This document shows, piece by piece, positions 37,762-49,479 of a DNA stretch of 64,000 nucleotides (its first letter is position 1; every line of letters begins with the position of its first letter). The stretch is from Iphione sp. A-MEVVRFRX5. Its lineage: Eukaryota. The stretch lies in contig OZ320320.1 in NCBI GenBank assembly GCA_976226885.1, positions 42,718,001 to 42,782,000 of the forward strand. Direction: 5' to 3'. Position numbers and translations under genes: made by a program. The notes under the pieces were generated by a model, which was not told the origin of the DNA, did not search any database, and saw only the letters and a list, made by a program, of their open reading frames with translations.

Positions 37762-40429
37762 CTAGAAAATTAGAAGGATCTCCGTACATACTATAGACAA
37801 CCGTGGGCAGACACAGTCAAACCTCAACAGAGCAATATTCTCAAGCATCAAAAATAGAGATACATGTAGATATGTATTACTGGAGTTAAAAACCTGAATC
37901 TCCGGAGAATTTCAGTAAATATGAGTAAATATCACTTGAGTGTCTACTGCTCAGCTAAGGAGGCTGTACCGCGTATACTTGTACATGCGATGCTTTGTTG
38001 CCTCAGATCAAGATGTTTTAGGTTCCCACAAATCAGTTTCCACAGAGGCAAGGCAAGAATGTTTTCTATTTGAATACATCTACTTTCCAGATCCAAATTC
38101 CGAACATTATATATACCAGTATCTGATTATATGTGATTTCCAAAGAAATATGACAGAATTAATATCAAACATTCTTCGATAAGCAAACAGAAATATATGA
38201 AAAGCATATCGATCATATATTGCTTCCTGACTTTCTTCTGTATATCTTGTAATTCCTGTATGCCTCTCACTGCCGGAGGCAACCACTCGCCTTGGGTAAC
38301 CACTCACCTTAGGCTACCACCATTTTAGGAACAAAAAGGGCACGTTTCACCACCAGGGGCAATCACATGACCTGAAGGAGGCGTGATTCTCACCTCTTTG
38401 CAGGATATCCATGCCCTGGAGAAGTGTGACCCCACCCCTGATACCTCGAACATGCATTATTCTGACCCCTTTGAAGAGTTTCAAAACCCTGGAGAGGCAC
38501 AACCTCACTCCTGGCACCCTGGAGGAAGGGGTTTAACATCCTGGTGAGGCACGACCTCGCTCCTGATATCAGGAGGGGGTCCTGCCCCCCACGAGGATTG
38601 CACTTTTACTCATCAAATTCATCACTTTTTAGACTTTAATTCATCCAATTCAGCACAGTTTGGACGCTTACATGTTAAATTCAGCACTTTTTTAACTTCT
38701 ACTTGGATGGGAGAGAGGAAGAGAGGAAGGTCAGTGCCAGGTTTGACCCCCTGGGGTGACCACTCACTGGAGGCAGCCACTTTCATCCAGTCCACCAAGG
38801 GGTTGCCTACACAGTTGTCAATTGTAAAGAGCATCAGCATGATAGTGTTCCCCTAGGGGCTACCCTAACCTGAACCCATAGTGGACTTAATTCTCACACT
38901 GAGCTGAAAGCTAGCATCGCACACATGTTACAACACTAAGGCTATACACTAGCAGGTAAAACAATAACAAAATAGCACTTTGGTTCCATCTGACCCACCA
39001 TGGGGTCATCAGGACCGTCCTATTTCAACTGTCGTACATTTCTTTCCCACAAAAAAGAAGATCAGTAACTGCCATGTGCAAGTCGATCAGTATCAAAGAC
39101 CAGTGCAACAACATTTGTTCGTGGCACTCTCCACCAAATAAAATTATAATGTAAATTATGGACCTCTGTGGACATTTTCATGCTGTCTGGTGGTGTAGAA
39201 CTCTCTACTAATCTAATAACATAAATGGTAGGCAGCACTAAACATATTATCTATGGTGAAAGAGGTGTAATCCATTCTGAATGGACAAAACCCATACTTA
39301 TGAGCTGGCCTGTCTACATGTGTAAACTCGAAAGACCCATCTCTTTAGAATTATGACTGGTTACAGTGGTGATTAAGTGATGCATCAACATATAACACGT
39401 TAGTTGTTTTCTCCCTCCTCAATTACCTACTTGTATTCATAAAAAAAACTACCCACACACGCATATGGGTAATTAATTTCCAACATCTGAAAATCAAGAC
39501 AAATTTGAACAAATTATTAATGATGTCCTGCAAAAAATAAAAACGTTTGCCCAAAGGCATAAATATTCAGCTCCTCATGTCGACAAGACTGTACAGTGGG
39601 TTTCACACACACATTTTAGAGGAACACATCCATTAGTGTTCACTGAGCTCAACTAGCTCTTTCACATGATCACATGGTACACATTCAGGTATCCGAATGC
39701 ATTTCTCTGATTGGTTCTGGACAGGATATCACAAACGAATGCATAATACCATAGAAAAGCACTGTAGAGGGCATCTAGTATCCATGTGTTAATACATCAT
39801 CATGCACCTCTACGGGGATTTTACGCACAACGGTGCATTATACATGAAAGTTTCAAAGGATACATGGCCTAACCACACTATAATGTATGTTGTATAGCAA
39901 TACATATTTAATGTACCACACTGTATTGTATATTCCACATTCAATAGTACAAACCAACTTTTAAAAAATCTGTGGAGAAGAAAAGTCCGAAAAAGTAAAG
40001 ATTTTCATTTTGAGGTTGTTGCTTAAATTTGTAAAGCTGAATTATCAATATGTTGTCCCACAAATTCCAGGTTTCTTTACTATATTTAGTAGATTATATG
40101 AGCTTACCAGTGAAATATTATCTTGACTTTAGGACATTAGGATGATATCATGTAACCTTGTACCCAACCACAGCCAGTCATTCAAAGGAGCCTTCAGCAA
40201 TAAGATCCAAACAGAAGAAACAGAGCAGAATGGAACACCAACAACCAGTATGTCACACCCACCAAGGAGGAGAGGTGGGCAGATGTACACCTGTGTGGAG
40301 TAATGTCCTAAAGTCAAGATCATATTTCACTGGTAAGCTTATATAATCTAACTTTAGTTCCATTACTCCACACCAGGTGTCCCTCTGAGACTTCAAAGCC
40401 ATGAAGCTCTGAAGCAAACATGAGGATCT

Positions 40430-41340
40430 TATTGCTTGATATCTTTAAGATAAAACAACTTGAACATATTGGCATGACTCCACATGCCCCTCCTCATAAT
40501 CTCAGACAAAGGCATGGCCATCTTAGACAGTTTGGAAGCAGAGGCAGACCGAGTCCAGTGAGCAGAAAACTTACTGGTTGGTATCAATACCAGACAAAAC
40601 CATCACCTCCTTAGTCCACTTAGCCAATGTGGCAGTGGAAACAGGCTTGTGAGGAACAACAAAAGAAAGAAACAAAGCATCATGCTTAGCCCTAAAAGGC
40701 TTTGTAGCTGCAATACATGCCCTTAGATACTGACCCACACACAAGGCAGGATCAGAAAAGGACTGCAACTTCAACTTAGAAGCTGACCTCCCTTTCCTAG
40801 ACTGCTTCAAGGATTTTGTGAAACAAATCTGAAGAACCATCCCCCAGATCATGAATGTTGGACAACTGAATATTGCATATGGTCTGCATGCTACCAGAAA
40901 TTGCCAACAGCAGCAACATGTTACATTTCAGAGTCAACTGCCTGAAAGACAGGGCAGCAACCGGATGCCAAGACTTAAGGAAAGTCAACACCGATTCCAC
41001 ATCCCAAGTGTAGTCTACCCTAGCCACTGGAGGTTTGAGGTTGAAAATCCCCATGAGTAACCTAACTACATCAGGATGCCTCCCAAAATGATAACGTTCA
41101 AACTGGGGAAGAATCACAGACAAAGCACTCCTGGCAGTGTTCAGAGCACTATATCTAACCCCAGATTTATATAGCTGCATTAGGAAAGCCATCCCTGCTT
41201 CACAGTTGGGTTGAGAGGATCCCAATCCCTTCTAGAACACAACCCATACCACCTCCTTAGGTAGGAATCATACAGCGTTCTTATCTTGGACCTCCATGAA
41301 CAAAACATAATAGCCTTCATGGACCTTGACAGATCTTTCT
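40430..41340 (-). pseudogene. DIRS tyrosine recombinase (disrupted)
   Basis: YSALNTARSALS, HPDVVRLLMGIFNLKP, WDVESVL, LCVGQYLR, LFLSFVVPHKPVS, WTKEVMVLSGIDT, followed by a frameshifted HS-x-R-S-A segment. Confidence 0.88.
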
Positions 41341-41539
41341 CATCCAACACCACCTTCAGCAGAGAAGAGCCATAAGCTTTATAGCCCCCAGACGAGATGG
41401 GACCCCCTTGTGATCCAAAGTGTTGAACTTGCTCTTCCTGAAGACCAGATGAGATCTGCTTGACAAGTGGAGCACCCTGCTGTACCGGGCCCTGTGAGAC
41501 CACATAGGCACCACCAGAAGCACCCGTGGTCTCTTCACC

Positions 41540-43073
41540 ATCAACTTGGAGACACCTAGGGATAAGAGAAAAAGGAGGACACAAGTAAGGCAGGGTAAAA
41601 GAACTCCAACTCACAGAGAAAGCATCAACAAAGGATGCTGAAGGGTCTGGGTACCAACTGACATAGACAGGGACCTTATGATTAAGCCTTGAAGCAAAGA
41701 GATCGACATCAGGGAAACCCCATTTACTAACAACTGCCTGAAAAATTGCTGGGCTAACAGACCACTCAAAGTTATCCTGAAAATGCCTGCCTGAAAGCAT
41801 AGTCTGCTGAAACATTCAGTACACCAGGCACATGAAAAGCTATCAAAAAAGCAGCCCTGTGCTCCAAAAACAACCAAACCTTATGGGCCACCTGTCTAGC
41901 CACTGGGGACTTAGATCCTCCCATCATATTAAGGTAGGATATTGCAGTAGTGTTATCTGTAAACACCTTAACATGAAAATGTTTCTTATCTCTATAAAAA
42001 CTCTTAAGAGCTAGAAACACAGCCTTAATTTCTAGACCATTGATGTGCATACCAAGCTCCTGCAGCAACTATCTACCTCCAATCCTGAACTCATCCATAT
42101 GAGCTCCCCAGCCAAATTCTGAAGCATCAGTATACAAAATGTGGGTAAACCCAGACGGTAGGAATGACCTAGAAACCGAAGGCAAATTCTCCTGCCACCA
42201 CAAGAGATCTGACCTGGCAGCCTCAGTCAAAGACATAGTACCCTGATAATTCTGAGGACAATTAAATGGACCAGCCTGAAGCAGAGACCACTGCTTATTG
42301 GCCTCCAACCACTTAAAATGGTTCTTCCCATAAGAAGAACAAGAAAGGTCCACAATCTTACCCAGGACAGAAGACACATTACGAATAGTATACACCTCAG
42401 CAGCCAACGCCGACTGAATGTGACCCAACACTTTGGTAATTCTTGACTGAGTAGGGTAAACAGTCATGGAAACTGAATCCACTATATACCCCAAAAACAC
42501 AACTTTTTGGGCAGGCTCCAAAGAAGACTTCTCTTAATTAATGAAAAATCCTACAGACTTGAGCAGGGAAATAGGTTTACCAACAGAGAGAGAACACTCT
42601 TCTCTAGTCCAGCCAATAACCAATACATCATCAATATAGGAAGCAATAACAACTCCCTCCTCTCTGAGGTGAGCTAGTGGAGGACCCATGATCTTAGTAA
42701 ATAACCTGGGTGCTGATGACAATCCAAAAGGCAAAACATCATACCGGAAAACCTGGCCCTGCCACTGAAAGCCAAGATATTTCCCATGCTGGTCCCAAAT
42801 AGGCATTGTGTGATAAGCATTCTGTAGATCAATGGACGCCATAAAACACCCAGGAGACACCAAAGGCAAAACTGACTCCAGTGTCTCCATCTTAAAATGC
42901 TTATACTCAATAACCTTATTGAGCTTGGATAGATCCAGGATCATCCTGAAAGAGCTGTTAGGGTTTAGGCCTAAGGAAAATATTAGAGAAAAAAGCCCCC
43001 TGAGGGACAGAATCCAAAGGAGAAATTCATTTAACAGCAAGGAGATTAGACAACTCTTGATCCACAAATGCAA
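41540..43073 (-). pseudogene. DIRS RT / RNase H / methyltransferase (split by stops and frameshifts)
   Basis: RMILDLSKLN, FKME, IDLQNAYH, LPFGLSSAPRLFTK, YIDD; LYTDASEFGWGA; HINGLEIKAV, TDNTTA; DLFASRLN. Confidence 0.9.
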
Positions 43074-43358
43074 CCTCCTCCTGAGAGAAATTAATTGGCC
43101 TAGGTATGAAAACTTGAAAAGACTCTTCCATTAAATCCAGACAATAACCAGAAACTGCCTGTAAAATCTCGTTAGAGGTGAGAGGTGCCTATTGCTTCCT
43201 AAAGTGCACCAAATGCCCAGCCACAAAACTTACTTCCTCACCTGAGGAACCTGCTGCTGCTGTTGTTGTTGCTTCTGGCTGGACTGTTGCATCTGAGGCT
43301 GAAGCTGAGGCTTATAACCAATCGGCACCAACTGCTGAGCAGGGTACTGAACCTGAAA

Positions 43359-44811
43359 TTACTGCCTCTGGAAACTCAGGCACCTGCCTCTGTTCCTGCC
43401 ATGCCCCCTGCCCCTGCCTCTGCCAAAAATCTTCCGAGACTGAGGCTGAGACTGAGACCCTGACTGCTTCTTTTTATCCTCCATCCTGGCAAGCAACCAG
43501 GTATTCTGCTCCACAACTTTAGCAGTGTCCATAAAACTATCTCCGAACAGCCACTTGGCTGATGGAGGACAATCATCAGAGACAAGTTTCCTGAAGTCAA
43601 GAGAAAGGGCAGGCCTAACCTCCTCCCTCCTAACTTTAATCAATGACTGAATAGCCACACCAGAGAGCATAACTGTGTCTGATAGAACTATAGACAAACC
43701 AGACAACCAAGAGGCTTCCTTAGCCTCTGCCCTAGGATTGACCATCTCAATTGCCCTAAGACAAGCCACCGTGGAAGAAAGTAAATCCAACTGGACCTTT
43801 TGGAGAGACTTCTCCGTCCTTTTCCTCCATGGACAGAGCATTCCAAAGCACCTCATTAAGGTGACACAGACCGAGCCACTAGTTGTAACAAGGTCTGAGA
43901 TGTTTCTTCCTTACTGTGGCCACCAACTCTGGTTGCATTGGTTTTATGGAAAGAGTAGTAAAATCAGGAATCAAATCATCTAGAGGAACCCCAAACTTCT
44001 CCTCTGTACTCATCTGCACCATCCTTCCTCGCAACGAGTCCAGATCTTGATCTGGCTGTGGGCAAGGTTCAGGCTGAGGAAGACCCTCTCCACCTGAAGC
44101 CTCCTCTGGACCAACAGACTTAGAATCCTCCTCAGAGTCTGCCTCCTGGGCATCCATCAACATATTGAACCCTGCTGCCAGGTTCTCTCCCAGGGACATA
44201 AACCATTCCCTGACAGCATCCAGATTCTTTTTAATATCCCTGAAAGCTACTGTCAACCTCTGGCCCATCATGGCCTGAGTTGAGGTAAATCCACTAGACA
44301 TTTCTTTCAGGATTGACAACAGTGTAGCACTATCAGTGTCCCCACTCTCTGAAGGGGCCTTGCCTACTGCAGCAGCCAGCTGAGTGCAGTGCACAGTAGG
44401 TAGATTTCTGAGAAGCACCAGAACACAGACCCTATCTGTTCCAACAACAGGAGGAGGAAGAGGAGTGAGCTGGTAATCAGCAAATAAGGCATCTCCAACT
44501 GAAGCGACAACCGCCCCACTGCCTGGTGTCCACACGACTGAGCATGCCGAATCAGCAGGTGGAGCAGACTCACCAGCATATCGATGCTTGGCTGCCTCTG
44601 CAGGACAGAGAGAACTGCTCTTGGGTCGACATAATGGGCAAACAACAGAACGACAAGTGTACAACACACTTTGCACAGCAGCAACGGCAAATGCGACCAG
44701 GAACTTGCCTATGAAAAACATTCTCAAATTACCTTGAAACAGCTTGAAGTAAGAGAACCTTGTTCTGCACAAGTCAAACACAAGCCAACCACTGTGGCTG
44801 GTCGACAACAC
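43359..44811 (-). pseudogene. DIRS gag-like region (frameshifted)
   Basis: ORFs 43879-44811 and 43359-43856 upstream of RT; the second ends in the ...WLFGD...GRGRGRG segment usual at the end of DIRS gag. Confidence 0.65.
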
Positions 44812-46072
44812 TTTAACGTTGGTGAATCCAATACCACAAACTCAAGCCAACGCAAATCGTTCTAAATTTACTTTCAAACCCTCGAAAAAAAGAGAACAAA
44901 AGTGGATTCTAGACTGCCACATACAACAAATCAACTGCTACCAGCAGTGCGTTGACAATAATGGCGACATTGCAACGTACGCCTTATGAAACTGAAATCA
45001 CTGCCTCTTTGCCTAAACAGCGTTCTCAGTAAATCTCTGGGAGAAAGACCACGCTGTTTAAGTATGTAAACCACAAAACAAATAAAAAAATTACTAACAA
45101 CGGACGAAATACACCAAAAACCACGGCTAAGAATGCTGCATGTAGCCGGGTCAATGATTTTGAAACAACTGGCTGTGGTTGGGTATGAGGTCCCGTGATA
45201 CTATCTCAGAGGGACACCTGGTGTAGAGTAATGAACTAAAGTTGGTTTTTTTTTTCATTATCAACAACTTTTAAGATGCGAATGTGCCAAATATGATTTA
45301 TATCATCTTGAATATAAATATGCAGTTGGTTGGAACTGAAGATATGAAACCAACAAAATATACAGGCAAAAGCAGCATACAAAGTCTATAAAACTATCAC
45401 ATGAAGTATGTAACTTCTGTTCTTTTACCTGACAATTTGTGTCTAATATAGCAAGATAAGCAATGCACATTTTAAATAATTTCATTTGTATACATATTCA
45501 TGAGTTAAAATATTTTAAGGTACCATACACAAGTTCTTTTCTTGGGTTTACTTGCATGTGTATGACTGCGACTGAGTAAGAAAATAAATCACTTTCTTAA
45601 GAGTACCAGTGTAGTCCTGTACTTCTCTTTTTAGTAACAGAGATAAATTTTGGAGAAAATCAAAACAGGTATTAGAGTAAAAGTGAACAGATCTGGAGAA
45701 ATTCCGAGTCAAACTTATTATGAAGACAACCTACACGTTCCAGGAGAAACTAACTATAGCTGAGTCTTTTACAAATACAGTGGAGATACAGTTAAGGTCC
45801 ACATTACAGGGAAGAAGACTCTGAGGTAGAGGTCAAGATTTATAAAAACAAAATATTTACAAACTTTATATAAAGTATGTCTAATGAAACCAAACCACAG
45901 GAGAGACCAACATGGGCCAGTCTGAAGCTTGGTCTCCTATACGGGTCTCAAATGTACAACTATAAGTAAGTCCTGAAAGAAATTCACAAACTGAAAAGAC
46001 AATAAACCAACCAAAGTGCAATAGAAATCTGCTGTTGCTAGAGACCATACAAAATGAGGAGTTGTCTATAAC

Positions 46073-46203
46073 CTGTGTGTGACCCTTCTGCTTCCAACTG
46101 GCGGTAGAAGCGCTGCCCATAGAGCGCCATTTGAGTTTCTGCACCACTCGACTTGAGGCTTCCAAGCAAACCAGCTGCATGCCAAGTTGTGCCACACGAC
46201 AGA
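46073..46203 (-). CDS. PDPR: PDPR alternative exon 2A
   Basis: cttgcag|T ... ACA G|gttata; 131 nt, phase 2 to 1; (S)LSCGTTWHAAGLLGSLKSSGAETQMALYGQRFYRQLEAEGSHT(G). Confidence 0.9.
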
Positions 46204-48125
46204 CTGCAAGATTGTCAAGCTATTCATTACAGGGATACCTAAAGGAAATCTTGACGAAATAAAACCTCCATATACCTGAACAGATCACAAGATTACTTTA
46301 ACAGAAAAAGTACTCTTTACTGAGCTGAGATTTTAAGAACAAGAAATAAGCTGAAGTCGACTAGCCAGCTTAACTTTTACTACAAATTATGTTCATATCA
46401 GTATTACTGATCTGTTTGGGGAATTTGTTTGGGTAAAAAACATTGCGGTGAGGCTAGAACCAAGAAACGACATTATTTTTATGAAAGCACACAAATCATG
46501 GTAAAAAGTGAGATCTTTTTTACTGAGTCTGCAGCAAAACTTAAGAGGGCCACAGAATCTTTTATAATGGTCCTCGAGAGACATGCTATGACATTTTCTT
46601 CAATAGAACCTTAACTTTTATATGCACTTTGTTGCACTAAATCGGACAAGTAGAAGTTTTTGGCATGAAAAGACATTGTCTACCTTGATTTTTTTCACAT
46701 GTGACAACCAGCAGAATGTAAACACTGTCACAGGCTGACCTATGTCATTTCATTGTTTCCAGCCTCGCATTGACGTAAAAAGGTCAGTAAACTACTACAG
46801 TGAAGCCAGTCAATAATTGACTGATCGCTTTTTTTGAGTGACAGTTCAGCTGGGCCAATCAGAGGGCATTCCTCAGATAGCATGGGAATTATCACCATAG
46901 ACAAACAAAGCTGTTCAGCATAGGAGTCTATGGGAAGGTTAAATTCCTGTGCTCATATTGCATTATTACAATTATTTGCTTTTGTATGCATAAAGAAGAC
47001 ATATTAACAATGGTTCACAGCAACTTTTCTGTTTTTCCATAAAATAGATTCTAAGTTTTAAGCAGATACGAAGCAAAGTTGAGTATTTTAGCATTGAAAA
47101 GGCCTAGAGAGACTGCAGCTTGTCTATGCTGGAAGCACATGTCAGCGACCCTTCTTGGTAGGAGGAGCTATCTGGGCAAAGGCGATCAGTGAATTTTTCT
47201 AGATGAAATGTCCCACCATGAAAAAGTCCTGTCATAGCTAATCTGTGAACCAAAGGACCAAGTAAAACACAGTCGAGAGCATACTCCTGGTGCCAATACT
47301 TTCCTTCAATAAGAAAAAAATCAAAAGGGACAGGAGGACACAGGTCAAATTTTTTATGCATGTCTATGAATGCTTGCATATGTTCTGTGCATGTACAGTG
47401 AAACCTCACAATGCGGTCAGCCCAGCAAGTTGATTTTGCTTGGAACCAAACGTTTCTCTATATACTATGATATATATATATATATATAAACAAAAAAAAC
47501 TAGAAACTTGGACAGAGCAGAACTCCGGTTACCTCAGCCTCTGGTCCCGCCATTTTTAGTACAAAAGTGAATGTTTGCATAACATGGTCACCATAAAACC
47601 ATCGATGTATGCTCTGATTTCATGTTTTCTGTCAATGATTTAGCATGGTTTCAGAGAGAAATCCCTAAACACACATTATACACTATGTCGGGTGGCAGCA
47701 TCTCAACGACTTCAGTCCCCCTCATGTCCATAAAGCTGCGAAATTTAAGTGGTAGAGAATGATGGATGGCATTTGAATATTATCAGAATTGTGATCGATG
47801 GGCAAACGGGGTCGATTGGCCCAGAAAGGAAGGTGACCATATTGTTGAGACTCCACTGTACATATGCAGTTATGTTTTTCCATCAAGAAGTGCAACTGCA
47901 TACTACCATGTTTTCCATTTCTCTTGCTCACACACATTATACAACCACATATCTTCCCTCATTCTCACATACACTCAGGCAAATAAGCACACCAAGACCT
48001 CTCCCTTTCCCTCTCCCTCTTTTCTCTCCCTTTCACATTCCTCCTCACACCCACAAATATATATACATATACAAACACATACAGCCATCCTGACTATATA
48101 TACAGACATCCTGTATGTCTCTCAC

Positions 48126-48376
48126 CTTCCCTGTTCCAGTACCACTACATCGTTCCAGCCGTGCTCAGTTAAGTGGTAGGCTACTGAGGTGCCCACTATT
48201 CCACCACCGCACACCACTACCTGCGCCCCTGACGGCAGCCCTTGCGCTGCCTCCGAGCTTAGCTGCCTCCGGTGCCAAAAGGTAGAGCAAGGCACCGCCG
48301 CCGTCATCGGCCGCCAGGGGGCCCTCGCTTTTGGAGCTGCCGCCAAGCGTCTCACACATCGCAACAGGAGCGTCAT
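48126..48376 (-). CDS. PDPR: PDPR exon 1 (mitochondrial presequence plus GxGxxG dinucleotide-binding motif)
   Basis: ATG at 48376; MTLLLRCVRRLAAAPKARAPWRP...RRQLSS (Arg-rich, no acidic residues) then QVVVCGGGIVGTSVAYHLTEHGWNDVVVLEQG; donor AG|gtgag, phase 2; 251 nt. Confidence 0.93.
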
Positions 48377-48435
48377 GCTGGCAGGCGATGAGCACTGCTT
48401 CAGCCGTGGAAGAAAAACTGGAAGGAAGAACATAA

Positions 48436-49010
48436 CATTCCCTCTATAAAGGCAAAGGCAGCAGATACGAAGCAAATTCTTACCGCCCTATTAGTATCCT
48501 ATCTGCATGCAGTGAAATATTAGAGAGAATAATAGTTAATCAATGCATCGAGTTTATCAAAACAAATAACCAACTCTCACCAAATCAATGTGGATTCAGG
48601 AGGAACAAATCCACTATTGATGCTATTAATAATGTTCTACACTTTATTCACAATATACTAAATGAAGGTGATCTGGTGGGTGCCAACTTCTTAGATTACC
48701 AGAAAGCCTTCGACAGCATTCAGCACTCCATATTAAGAAATTTGACAGGATGGGCTTTAGACCTGCAATATCATTCTTTAAATTATACCTGAGTAACAGG
48801 GCTATCACGACCAAAATAGGACCAGTTTGGTCCTCCCCACTACCAATGACGACAGGTGTTCCTCCAGGGAGCGTTCTCGTTCTGATGCTTTTTAGTGTAT
48901 TTATCAATGCCAGCATAAAGATACTAAGACACAGTCATAGTGTCATGTACACAGACGACACCATTATTCTAGTCTCTAGCAAAGATATCAATGAAATCCA
49001 ATAAATTATG
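48436..49010 (+). mobile_element. Decayed non-LTR (LINE) reverse transcriptase fragment
   Basis: LYKGKGSRYEANSYRPISIL...NQCGFRRNKST...FLDYQKAFDSI...GVPPGSVL...YTDDT. Confidence 0.88.
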
Positions 49011-49479
49011 GGTAAAGTTCTCATGTGTATGAGACTCTTCCTAAACCTCATGATTTCTTTTCTCTCAAAGGTTAAGTTAATATTTTTGGAATAATTGAAA
49101 CTGCCACAAGTTTTATGGTAAAAATACAATATAAAATAAGGTACACCAAAACTCTGGCACTACTTTTTCAGTTGGGGTAGTAATACACAAACAATCTTGA
49201 CCTTCAACTGCTCACTATCAGGTCCGTGCTCCTGTCATGTCACTTTTTTTAAACATTTTATTTCCTGGGGTGAAAAATACATAAAGTATGTAGGTCTAGG
49301 TTTCTGCATCAAAACTCAATAATGATAATGATAATGTACTTATGATAATGTGATAATTTTTGCTACGTCTGTTTGCAACCTTTACATTACACAGTACTTT
49401 TCATTATTTCCATTTCGACAATATCCACATATTATAGCATAAATCAACAGATGACAGCATCTCAGTAAGATACCATGTA

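Larger units (their letters stand above)
40090..45243 (-). mobile_element. DIRS1-type tyrosine-recombinase retrotransposon, full length, ORFs disrupted
   Basis: Order gag-like, RT (YIDD), RNase H, Dam-like methyltransferase (DVDLFASRLN...DAFSVSW...PPFSLI), tyrosine recombinase. Terminal inverted repeats 45168-45204 / 40141-40178. Internal complementary region 40301-40390 matches both element ends. Confidence 0.92.
12211..48376 (-). other. PDPR: PDPR-like gene span (coding region; 17 exon positions, 21 exons including alternatives)
   Basis: Exons join in frame into a DAO-type FAD domain followed by GCV_T and GCV_T_C domains. PDPR-type motifs: GGGIVGTSVAYHL, GRKLRTSPLY, IDMSTFTKF, GGYENDCS, YALHVY, RNAGYYALRALRTEKFFAYWG, WPWGGEPIYRNG. 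Constant exons total 2181 nt; 2A+10B+11A gives 893 aa. Confidence 0.92.

Noticed and set aside
47104-47242. Possible third exon 2 (cacag|A LAMTGLFHGG..., with His aligned to TWHAA)
   Set aside because: Similarity is limited to about 10 residues, there is no GT donor at the expected distance, and the frame ends in a stop.
47766-48179. 137-aa plus-strand ORF antisense to intron 1
   Set aside because: No domain is recognisable, and the C-terminal part is low-complexity CA/CT sequence.
12211-48376. Calling the gene SARDH or DMGDH because of the TWHAAG motif
   Set aside because: The constant exons carry PDPR-type motifs (YALHVY, EKFFAYWG, WPWGGEPIYRNG, GGYENDCS, GRKLRTSPLY). A phylogeny would settle it.
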